A stretch of 64,000 nt of DNA, from NCBI GenBank assembly GCA_973851085.1, contig OZ316776.1:11036001-11100000 (forward strand), given 5' to 3'. Below are positions 53,470-64,000 of this stretch, in pieces. The DNA is from Ptychomitrium polyphyllum. Its lineage: Eukaryota. The notes beneath the pieces are model-generated. The model was not told the DNA's origin. It searched no databases and saw only the letters and a program-made list of their open reading frames with translations. Made by a program: the position numbers and the translations under genes. Positions within the stretch are counted from its first letter, which is position 1. The number at the start of each line of letters is the position of its first letter.

Positions 53470-54259
53470 CTCTCCTCCACCTTAATGGAGTCGATGCTCT
53501 CATCGACTATACTTGTAGTCGGCACACCAATTCCAAGATTGCCATCTTCTAATAGTACAGCATTGTGTTTCATCTAGGGTGCAACCCCCACAATGCACTC
53601 ATAAGTCTTTAGCAAAGTCTCAAAGGTGTTGTTTAGGAGGTGGTCTGTTTAGGCACCCTAGACAAAAATCTTTGGGGCCCTAAACTACTCTAAATTTATC
53701 TACTTTGAGACCCTCTTGGGATACACTCCCTAATTAGGCTACACTGCTTTAATTCTTCCTTTCTGACTAGGCTAGACCTCAATGCTCCACTAAGTTGTCT
53801 TGGTTGCAAACCCAAGGTGGCTTTTATTCCACGACTCGATCGCACGGGGGTAATGCCAAGTTCCGCCCAACCTGGATCTCACTATTTCTATTGAGACATG
53901 GGTTCATGACTCCCATGCACTAACTTTTGTTAGTTTGTAGGAGTGGCGCTTTTATGAGCACGCGCCATTACCTTGTCCTCGCCCGGACAAGCCCGAGGTA
54001 AGGAGGTTTCATGGTTTTAACCATTCCTCCTCCCAGCCTTGGTCCCCATTACTTGGCCTTCTCAACTTAGTTTCACATGTCTATTCCCCCTCTTCTACCA
54101 ACTTAATACAAGCACAAGACTAGGACGTCATCTTATACTCTTCTCTTTGTACACACAAAAGTTGAACTTTATTGCCATAAGTCAAGGAACCAATACATGA
54201 TGTGAAGAAGTTACAACTCCAAGCCACTCTTCCCCTACTAAAAGAAATTGATGTCCTCA

Positions 54260-57200
54260 TCAAGGCCGACATTGTCTTTTGTTGGAGTTCCTATCCCTTT
54301 CAAAGCTTTCCACCATTTCATTGGCATTTCCCAAGTCCTTGGCTGCTACCCAAGTTGCTTCCTTTTCATGGTACCTTCTCCACTTCACCAAATACTCTTT
54401 TCCTACTTTCTTGTGGTGCCAACACTTGAGAATTCCTTCTACTTTGTATTCCAAGTGGTCGCCCACCAATTCTAGCGGTGGTCAAATCACTTGTTTGCGA
54501 TTGGGCCACAAAGTATCATTTTTGAATGGCTTAAGGAGTGAGACACAAAATGTTGGGTGCACTTTGATTTCGGGTGGTAGTTCCAACTTGTACACATCTT
54601 CAAACATCCGCTCTACAATGAAAAACGGCCCCGCAAACTTGGACATGAACTTTGGAGTGAGGCCTTTGGGCAAGCTAAAGCTCTTCACATTCAACAATAC
54701 CTTTTGGCCTACTTCATACTCCACTTCACGTCTTCCGGCATTGACTTGTTTTTCGTACCGCTTTTGTGCCTTTTCCAACAAAAGCTTGGTCTTCTCCAAC
54801 ATCTGTTCCCGCTTTTTGGCCAAATCCTAACCATCTTGGTTAAACTCTAGTATTGAATGTGCACTTTCGAGAGCTAAGTCGGCAGGTTGGAGTGGCTCCA
54901 CTCCATAGGCCAGCTTAAATGGCGACTGCTCTGTCGCTGAATGGTTGGCCGCATTGTAACTGAACTCCGCTAAGCTCACATAATCCGCCCAATCACACTG
55001 GTCCGCACTCATAAAGTTCTTCAAGTATTGGTTCAAGACTCCATTCACTCGTTCCATTTGCCCATCCGTTTGAGGATGGAAGGCAGTGCTAAATGTCAAT
55101 TTGGTTCCAACTTTTCTAAAGAAATGTTTCCAAAAAGCACTAGTGAATTTTGGATCTCGGTCCGACACAATCACTCTCGGCAACCCGTGATGTTTCCACC
55201 ATGCATCGAGGAATAGCTTTGCAGTCTCATGTGCAGTTTCGGTTCCTCTAGTTGGCACCATGTGCGCCAACTTGCCAAAGCAATCTACCATCACAAAGAT
55301 GGCATCATGCCCTTGCGATTCCGGAAGACTTGCGATGAAGTCCATGGACACGCTATGCCATGGACCCGGCGGAATTGGCAAAGGTTGTAGTAGACCGGCT
55401 TGCTTTTGGTAAGAGGCTTTATTGAGTTGGCACTTCACATAAGTTTTCACAATGTCGGTGATGTCCGCTTTCATTACCGGCCAATAGTACCTTCTTGACA
55501 CCGCTGCTATGGTGGTTTTTTCCCCTCTATGGCCGGCTATGGGACTATCATGTTCTTCTTTCAAAACCATCAATCGTAGTTTTCCATACACTTGACTTTG
55601 TTTGTACTTGAGCAATCCCTTTTCCAACTTAATTTCCTTAAGTTTCTTACCCTTCTTAAGCTCACCAAAAAGCCTTTGTGCTTCGGAGTCCTTCATGTAT
55701 CCCTCTCTTATCTTTCTTTCCAAATTGCCTTCTCCCTTGTACATTATTTGCAGGACTTGCGTTGTGCCCATCACTTGCAACTCCTCCCGCCTACTTAGAG
55801 CATCCGGCACTACATTGTCACGCCCCGGCTTGTGGATCAAATCCACATTCATGGGTGCCAAAATGTCGTGCCACCTCAATTGTTTTGCACTCATTTGTGC
55901 CTACGACTCAAAGTACTTCAAGGACACGTTGTCCGTGTAGACTTTGGTTTTATGTAGGCCTAAGTAGTGCCGCCATGTTTTCAAATAATGCACTACGGCA
56001 AAGAATTCTTTCTTTTGCGTGGGCCACCTCTTTTGGCACCCATCCAACTTCTTGCTCTCATAGGCAATCGGCATGCCTTCTTGCATGAGCACTCCGCCAA
56101 TGGCAAAGTCACTTGATTCCGTGTGGACCTCAAAGGGCTTTTCAAACTTGGGAAACTTCAATACCGGCGGTTGTGACAAGTTATCCTTGAGTTCTTGAAA
56201 AGCTTGGTGACAAAATCCATCCCATACTTGACTAGCTCCTTTCTTCAACAAGTCGGACAAAGGTCTAGCAATTTTGGAGAAGTTGCGTATGAACTTCCTA
56301 TAATAATTTGCTAGGCTGAGAAATGATCTCAACCCCTTTTGTGTAAAAGGTTGTTTCCACTCTCTAATTGCCTTTATCTTCCTTATGTCCGGCTTGATTC
56401 CATCATCCGTCACTATATGGCCCAAAAACTCAATCTCAAGTTGAGCAAACTCACTCTTTTCTCCGTTGGCATAAAGCTTGTGGTCCCTAAGTTTTTGAAG
56501 CACCACTTCGAGGTGCCTTGCATGTTCTTTCTGCCGACTTGGAATACACCAAGATGTCATCAATATAAACAATGACAAAGTCATCCATCTCTTCTCAAAA
56601 GATGGTATTCATGAGGGTCGTGAACGTCAAAGGAGCATTACACAATCCAAATGGCATCACCAAAAATTCATAGGACCCATACCTAGTGTGGCATGCGATC
56701 TTTGGCACATCTTCATCCGCAATGTGGATTTGATAGTAGCCCAACTTCAAGTCTATCCGACTAAAATATTTAGATCCCGCCAATCTATCAAAGAGGTCAT
56801 CAATCCGTGGCAAAGGATAGTTGTTCTTGATAGTGGCTTTATTCAAGGCTCTATAGTCGACACACATGTGGAGCTTGCCATCCTTTTTGTTTACGAAGAG
56901 GACCGGTGCTCCATATGGTGACTTACTTGGCCTAACATAGCCTCTTTCCAATAAGTCATTCAATTGCTTCTTCAACTCCTCTAGCTCTTTTTGGTTCAAC
57001 CGGTATGGAGCCTTTAAAGGGGGTTCCATTCCCGGTATCACTTCAATTTTGTGATCCACTTCTCTTCTTGGCGATAACTCTGCGGGCAGCTCATTGGTGA
57101 GCACATCCTTGTAACCACTTAGTACATTTTGAATGCACTTGGGAATAATCCTAACCTCCTTGGCACTTGGCCTATTCCCCTCTTCTTGCTCCATTTGCAT

Positions 57201-58880
57201 CACAACCACAAATTGGTTATTCACTAATTGTTCTAAGGAGACTAAGTTCAACTTGCCTCCCGCAACCATAGGAGTCCGAGTCAACTTCAATATTGCCTCC
57301 TTCCTACCATGGCGCATTACTAATCGTGCTGGCTTTCACTTCACATCCACCACATGAGTTTCAAAAAAGGTATCATCTAAAATGAGGTCTACCTCATCCA
57401 TCTCACATAGTGTAAAACTTTCCTTCAACTCCAATGTTCCACTGCTTAAGGCCACATCCAACACCACTTCCTTCGTCTCGTACGGTTTGCCTTTTGCAAA
57501 TTGCAATTTGATGGGCTTGCTAGCTTTTTGAGCCAACAAGCCCAACTCCCTTGCTAGCTTGGGACTCATGAAGGAGTGCGTTGCCCCTGTATCAATCAAA
57601 TATGAAACATTTTTGCCATTTATTTGGGCCTCAATGTATAAGAGACTGAACCTTGGCTTAAGGCTACTAGCCTTGGCCACAAATCCACCTTCTAAAATGT
57701 GATCCACAACACAAGTGTGACAAGCTTTGATACTCACCTTTTTGTCGGGGCACTCCGCAATGAAGTGACCAATCTTGCCACACCCGTGGCAATGCTTGTG
57801 CTTCACCTCAGCACTCTTATCTCCCGATTTAAATGGTTTTTTCTCATCATGGTCCACTTTGTTGTAGGCCCTTCCATCTACTTCTCCCTTGTGTTTGTTT
57901 CCAAAGCCAAATTTCTTGCGTTCTCCAGCACAAGATACATTTTGGCTCAATTCACTTTGTTGAAAGGGACCACTTGATTTTCTTTCAGGTCCGTCGGCTT
58001 CAATTCTTTCCGCAATCTTAATGATTCCCGCCACATCCTTCGGAAGCTTTGGGAATTTGAACAAGGTGTCCACCACCTACTTTTGAAGCCCACCCAAAAA
58101 AATGCATTTCTTTGAAAACTCATCCATTTTGAATGTGGCATTCATTTGGACGTTGAAATCTTACACATAAGTCTTGAGAGACCCAGTGTGCCTCATTTGC
58201 ACCAAGTTCATGCCCTCCCTCAACTCTTGGTATTCCGGAGTGAAGCGTTCACTCAAAATCTCTTTAAAATTGACCCAAGACAAAGTCGCCACTAACTCCG
58301 GCTCTTGCTCCTTTTTACTTGTCCACTATTGAAGAGCATGGTCTTTCAAAAAGGTCACCGCAATTAAAACTTTGTCCACCTCCTCCGGCTTTTAAACATC
58401 ATAATAGTTGTCCATTTCCAAAAGAAACTCCTTCACCTTCCTGGCCTTACCTAGCCCAGAAGAAGTGCTTAGCATGTTCACCTTGGCCAACTTCTTGGTC
58501 GAAGATGAGGACCTGGAACCTTGTGCTATCAAGTGCTCAATCAACCTCTCTTGACGGGTCCTTTCTCTTTTGCCGCGCTTGAGTTCTTGGTTCACACCGT
58601 CCATGAACTCGAGCATTTTCATGCAAAAACTTAAATCAGGGTCTTAACTTTCTAGACCCTCAGGTGGTTCAGGAATCCTAGCTCCTAAGTACTCTCCACC
58701 CTCCAATGCTTCGTCTTTTTGAGTTTCCTCAACTTCCTCAATGACTCCAATGTCATTCCCTTGCTCATTGGAATCAAAGGATGGAGCCTCATTAATTGGA
58801 TCGGGTTCTTTGTTCACCCTCGTGCGTGGTTGTTTAGAGGCCCCGAGCTCACCGCCATCACCGGCCTTCTTCTTACCCAT
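54260..58880 (-). pseudogene. Disrupted gag-pol polyprotein
   Basis: CHGCGKIGHFIAEC zinc knuckle, LIDTGATHSF protease, [11 protein letters not shown] / [10 protein letters not shown] / VYIDDILVYS RT, RNase H, integrase HDSPIAGH...SVSMDFI...VSDRDPKF...HPQTDGQMER, and chromodomain YKVEGIL...EYLVKWRRY..KEATW. Interrupted by about ten stops/frameshifts. Confidence 0.95.
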
Positions 58881-58932
58881 AGCCTCCTCGCAACGTAGTA
58901 CTTGGATAATCAAAGCCTGCTCTTATACCAAA

Positions 58933-60077
58933 TGTCGCAACCGTTGTAATGCACCTTAGCAAGCGTCACGCGCGTCAACTCTGTACACCTCCACATGTAC
59001 ATGGTTAACCCCCATTCTTACTTTCCAAGTCTTTCTACCATTACTCTTAAGACACCCAATTTATTAGTAGCCAATGGTTAGGTGCAGACTTCCATTCATG
59101 TCCAAGGCCTTACCTGGTGTTACTCCCATTCCACACAGCCTAACCGCACTTAGTAGTGTTTCCTCACCACCACTCATGATGCCCATGTGATCCTAAAATC
59201 ACCCCGAGTCATCATGGTGCCGGCGTGAAGACACCACTCCAACTTAGTGGTAATAAGGGTACCCTTTTGAACGTGCTAGTTCCTTCCGTGAAACCGGTCG
59301 TCCACCGGCTCACAATGGTGTGGGAGTCCCCGTGGTGAAGCCCCAACACTAGCTTCACCAACCAAGACTCACCCTTGGTCTCTACCGGGATACTAGGGAA
59401 GTGGGGAGGGGGACCAGCCCTCCTTTATAGTACTCTCTGTGGGATTCGGCAGGCCCCTTGGCCCTCTGTAGCTGGCTGAACCCCGACACACCTAGAGTTT
59501 TGGAAGACCACCCGATCTCCCTTGGAACTTAGCCGCTGGAAGCCTCCGGGACTCCCAACGGACCTTTAGGGAGCCATATCTTCCTCATCCAGTGTCCGAA
59601 TGTATTGAGCGACCACTCTATCGTCATTTATTCTTTGCGTAGATGCCGATAGACTCCTCAAACGTCCGATTTGAGTTAGTATTGTGGGAGATACGCCTCT
59701 CCCAAGGTTTGGGACTCCCGGGGAGTCCCTCCTTGGACTGTCCCACTCCAGTACAGTCACTGTGTAGGGCTGCCACACTCCAGAACAGCCCCTTAGCAAC
59801 CCCAACTTTGGGATGCCATAACTTTTAGCTCCCTTGTCCGATTTGGACAATCTTTAGCATTCTAGAATCAGCTCTTCGTAATTCCTCCAATGCCCACGAT
59901 CTATCCCTCGTGGCCCTCTGTCTTCATGGGCAAGGATGTTTCTCCCCCTAGGGTTCCTTCCCACGCTAGGCCCACTTGGTTCCTCTCACTATTGGCGCCA
60001 CAAGTCCCGGACGTCACTCCGGAGTCCCCTTTGTGCCCTTAGTGTTGCGGGCACTCTTCAAAGAGAGGTGCGCGACA
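58933..60077 (-). repeat. 5' LTR
   Basis: Followed on the minus strand by the PBS. Two differences from the 3' LTR seen by eye. Confidence 0.97.
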
Positions 60078-60525
60078 TCCATTGTCTATGGAGAAACTGA
60101 GCACTATAGAATAAAACTCAAATCTTGTCATTAGTCCTTGCTTGAAAGTGACTGAATTAAAAGATCATATCAAATGATTGATGGCATGTCATTTTTTGAA
60201 ATAGTAGATCATTGCCTGCGGGTGGTGTTATCAACTTGAATTTGCTTTGGTTGATCAAATAAAAACCAAAGACTATAATTGCTTTAGAACGTACATATAA
60301 ACCAAGGTTTGTTTTTGTAAATTCTTCATGTGGATAACAATAGATTTCTACATTAGTTCTTGAGGTTCTTGAATTATAATAGCTTTTGTGGATATTTGAG
60401 AAATTGATTGCAAATAACTTGGAAGTTGTTGTTAGCTTTCTGCATGGTTGTTACAAACATTTGATTTTAATGGGTCCACTTCAAATGGACTCTTTGATTT
60501 TGAATAAAGAACTGATGTTTGTTTT

Positions 60526-60945
60526 TCAAATTACGACCACATTGATTGAATTTGAACTCTGTCTATACACATAAAGACTTGATTTTGAAAGCATTAATCT
60601 TTGAACTTCAAGGTCAATTTTTTTGTGAATTCCAACAACACTGTTTATTAGGATGCTGCCAGAATCCACGTTACTAATCATGATATAGTGAGTTCCAACA
60701 TTAAAAAAAAATTCTTTAAATAAATCCATTGTTTTTGAAAATTTGACCTTTTGTAGAATAATTGAAACTGAAATTTCTTTGTGTGTAGCTTCCAAAGACA
60801 CTTGAGTAAATATTTGTGACTTAAAAAGATCCTCATGTATGTCATTCATTATTTTGACAACAAGATTGGTCAAAGCATCAACAAATTGGACATTATCTTG
60901 TTGCCACATGATGATGTTGAATAAATGAACTATGTATTTATGCCA
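60526..60945 (-). pseudogene. Decayed Pif1-family helicase fragment (probably Helitron-derived)
   Basis: FWHKYIVHLFNIIMWQQDNVQFVDALTNL resembles the Pif1 motif W..F....L...MRQ..D..F...L..L, and FNVGTHYIMISNVDSGSILINSVVG resembles L.VG..VM...N.D....L.NG..G. Confidence 0.5.
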
Positions 60946-63900
60946 AAAATGCTAGAATATGAGCAAAGAACGGAGAACGGAGTGCAGTAACTTGTGAGAA
61001 GTGAGAATATATATTTTTTGAAATTGCATCCATAATTGTGGATGAGTCAGAAAAGAGTTCAGAGTTGACCAAATCAAGTAAATTCTATCTATACTTGACT
61101 CTCCAAAAACTAGAATTCAATGTATCAGGTACTATCTAATTAGTATGTGCTTAGTGCTAAAACAAAATTAACCTTGAAACAAAGTGCCTAGATTGTCAGC
61201 CGTCTTGTTGTATTCACAAAACTCTCTTGCTGTTTTACTTGCACTTGTTCTAGCAAGCTCTTAATGGTGGACATGCCAAATTCAAATTTGATCTAAACTC
61301 CAATTCATACTAAAATTGGTTCAAATAAGAAAAGAAAGTGAAGATGGTGCCAAATAATGTCTATTAATCAAAAAAAATGTACAAGAAATGAAAGAACTCT
61401 CATTAAGTATAATAACAAGAACTTCATATTGTTCCTACATACACTAAGCCAAAACTAAATATAACTCCATAGATATCTAAACCCTAATTGTTGCCCATAT
61501 CCAATCCATTTTGATTTAAAAGAAGCTAACAATCCGAAGTGGTAATTGATTCCTTAACATTGTCTGCACAATAGCCAAAGGACATGTATCTAGGCATAAA
61601 ACCAAAACTTGGCCCAAAAAAAAACAATTAAGAGTGGTCAATGCCGTTGTTCTCATGCCAGTAAGAAGATTTGGTTGGGTCGACCACCGTCGTTGCTTTT
61701 AACTTCATCCTCAAGAGAGAAGATGGTAGGGCCGCTACATTGTTGGAGTGAAAAAGCATCATCAAGTTTTCATCTTCAAGAAACCTGTCATTTAGGTGTT
61801 GCTGGCGAAACACCTCAACTTGAGTTTGAGTAAACCCAAGGGCTTTGGTGAGGGTGTCATCGTATTGTTGGTTCAAAGGTAGCCTGTTCCTCCCAGTAAT
61901 TGTCCTTCTTAATCATGGTAATCGTAATTGTCACAATTTGCTTGATGAAGTCAACCATCTAATTCTACCACTGCTTGCAATCTGCAGCATGTTACTGAGT
62001 TAATCAAACGTTGGTGGCGTGGAATTCCTGATTTTGTTGACATGCTTAATCATTTGTTACACCTTGGCCTGGAGATCAAGTTGGTGCTTCAGCTCTTGCA
62101 AAGTTCTGTCAAGATATTGGCGCTGCTGGTTGATTGTAGTGTTGGATTCTACTAGGGAGGGAATGGTGATCTGAAGCTGTTGTTCAAGCCTGGAGGTCAA
62201 TTGGTACGGCACCAACGCCAACAAACAATTATGCATCCTGCTTTGAAGAAGGAATTCGACGATGGTGAGGAGCTGGTCCAGTGTTGCAATCGCCTTCATC
62301 ATATCTGGAACACAATCGAGGAAGGATGCCGCACTGCAGCGGAGGGACTTGAGTTGTTGGCAAAGGTAGGAGGGGGGTCAACATCAGCTTCTAAGGGGCT
62401 GTGAGGTGTTGGCTGTGTTGAACACTTACTTAAAGACTTGCAAAACTAGGAGAGGAAGCCGGTTTTGGAGAGTATTGTGGATGGCGCATACAGTTGCTTC
62501 CAAAAGTCGCCACTTTCGCTCCATATTTACTACCAACCAACAAAAGGTTTGGTTGTTGCACATTGGTTGAAAACTCTATTAGTTTAAAACAAATTATACA
62601 ATTGAGTAAGAGCAGCTCGGGCTAGAAAAGTTTATACAAGAAAAAAAAACTACATGTTGCCTCCAAAACGGCTCCTATTATATACTACCAAGTTTGACTA
62701 AATGTAACTATGTAGTTAAAACCTAATCCTAGCTATACTTGCTGATTATCAAGCTATTAATACCAAGCACTTAATTAATTAGGTTGGATTGTAGTGTTGA
62801 AAAATTAGCAACTAGCTTGTTAATACTTAGCAAAATTAAATGGCTTTATTATTATATAACTGAATTCCATTAATTATATAATTTCTATTATATTTAGTAA
62901 TATTTCTATAATAACTCACATAAAGCTTAGGTTTAATATGTGATAAATTTATCTTGCATTTTTGCTACCATGCTAGTGTTATGTATCAAGTTGATAACTA
63001 CATGCAAATAATTTCCCACTCTTCCAAAATTATATTGTTAAAAAATGCATTGAAGATGATTAGTTGTGGAATTGCTTTTGATATAGATTGCTCCCAACTA
63101 CTTCTACTGAATACCGCAATCCTCAATTACAAACCAAATTACAAAATATATATAAAAGCTTCAATATATTCAACAATATGCACAACAAAAGCACAAACAA
63201 AATATTCCAAATTTTGCACAATCATTTGTAATTATTATATAAGGATTAGAATAAACAAAGATGGATTGGATCAAAAAAGAATTAACAATTCCACATGCTT
63301 CTTTTATACAATAAGACCAGATTCTACAAGGCCAAAAAAGTTGCACTCCAATCTTGCCTCCATCCGCCATACACCTTTTAGAAACCTCTTGTTTGTCCCA
63401 TTGCTTTTCAAATGCCACAACCACACCAATACAATTTTAAAATGCCTTCAAAATAAAGCAAGTAAGAAGAATAGGAAATTGCAATGGCTATATAAACATA
63501 AAATAATAAGTAAATTTGATATGTGCAAATAAATAAATAAAATAGATAAGATTAGATTATAAGGTTATTTATTTGTACTATGATTGTTTAATTTGTTTTT
63601 TTAAATATATTTTATTCAATCTTATTTTATAAAAGTGAAATTGTCATGGTGCTAAATTAAAAGTTTTTTAATCATCGTTTGTGAAAAAGTCTCAAATTTT
63701 AAATAAAATTCATTTATAAATTCCAATGTTTCAAAAAATATTTTAAAATAAAAATCAAGAATTTAGAATGCAATATCTACATTGATATTTTAGAATGTTT
63801 AGCCAATATGCTTTAATTTTAAGAAAAATTTGTTATGTATAAAAAAGTGAGTTTATTATTATGATAAAAAAATTGAACATACTTAATTAAAAAAAATTTA

Positions 63901-64000
63901 AGTCTTATTATTTATCATCATTTTAAAATGATTGTACATTTATATTTCTTCTTTGTTTTTATTTAATAACTAAAAAATAAATTGAAGAAAACATTAAAAC

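Larger units (their letters stand above)
52325..60077 (-). mobile_element. Full-length Ty3/Gypsy chromovirus LTR retrotransposon (defective)
   Basis: 1145-bp LTRs 52325-53469 and 58933-60077 with TG..CA ends. Perfect TSD TCCAT (52320-52324, 60078-60082). PBS TGGTATAAGAGC at 58930-58919 (tRNA-iMet type, 1 mismatch). PPT AGGTGGAGGAGAG at 53482-53470. Domain order gag-zinc knuckle-PR-RT-RH-INT-chromodomain. Confidence 0.98.

Noticed and set aside
62954..63532. 192-aa ORF
   Set aside because: Non-ATG start, AT-rich low-information composition, no motifs; probably chance or antisense to a decayed element.

Overview
Eukaryotic land-plant genomic DNA. Intron-rich genes sit in GC-moderate islands separated by AT-rich decayed transposon sequence; by gene content and style it is most likely a moss such as Physcomitrium (inference). 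Seven protein-coding loci were built by hand from splice sites: a plastid-targeted DUF3783-like gene (-), two tandem copies of a single-pass membrane protein of the DUF7356-like plant family (+), an unusual gene with two pterin-carbinolamine-dehydratase-like (PCD/DCoH) domains followed by a HARE-HTH-like winged helix (+), a glyoxal/galactose-oxidase-like GLOX gene (+), a beta-carbonic anhydrase (+) and a CDK-activating kinase CDKD (-). Mobile DNA includes a full-length chromodomain-bearing Ty3/Gypsy element (52325-60077, TSD TCCAT), an old two-LTR remnant of that family, three solo LTRs of a second family, a fold-back hairpin and a decayed Pif1/Helitron-type helicase. Three observations stand out. 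(1) The in-frame spliceable PCD-PCD-wHTH fusion has lost catalytic histidines and is a candidate novel regulator. (2) A 2.33-kb tract looks identical between two otherwise diverged paralogs and has GC-rich introns, a gene-conversion signature. (3) The LTRs are near-identical around a heavily decayed gag-pol. All gene models and family names come from manual reading and recalled motifs, not database searches.
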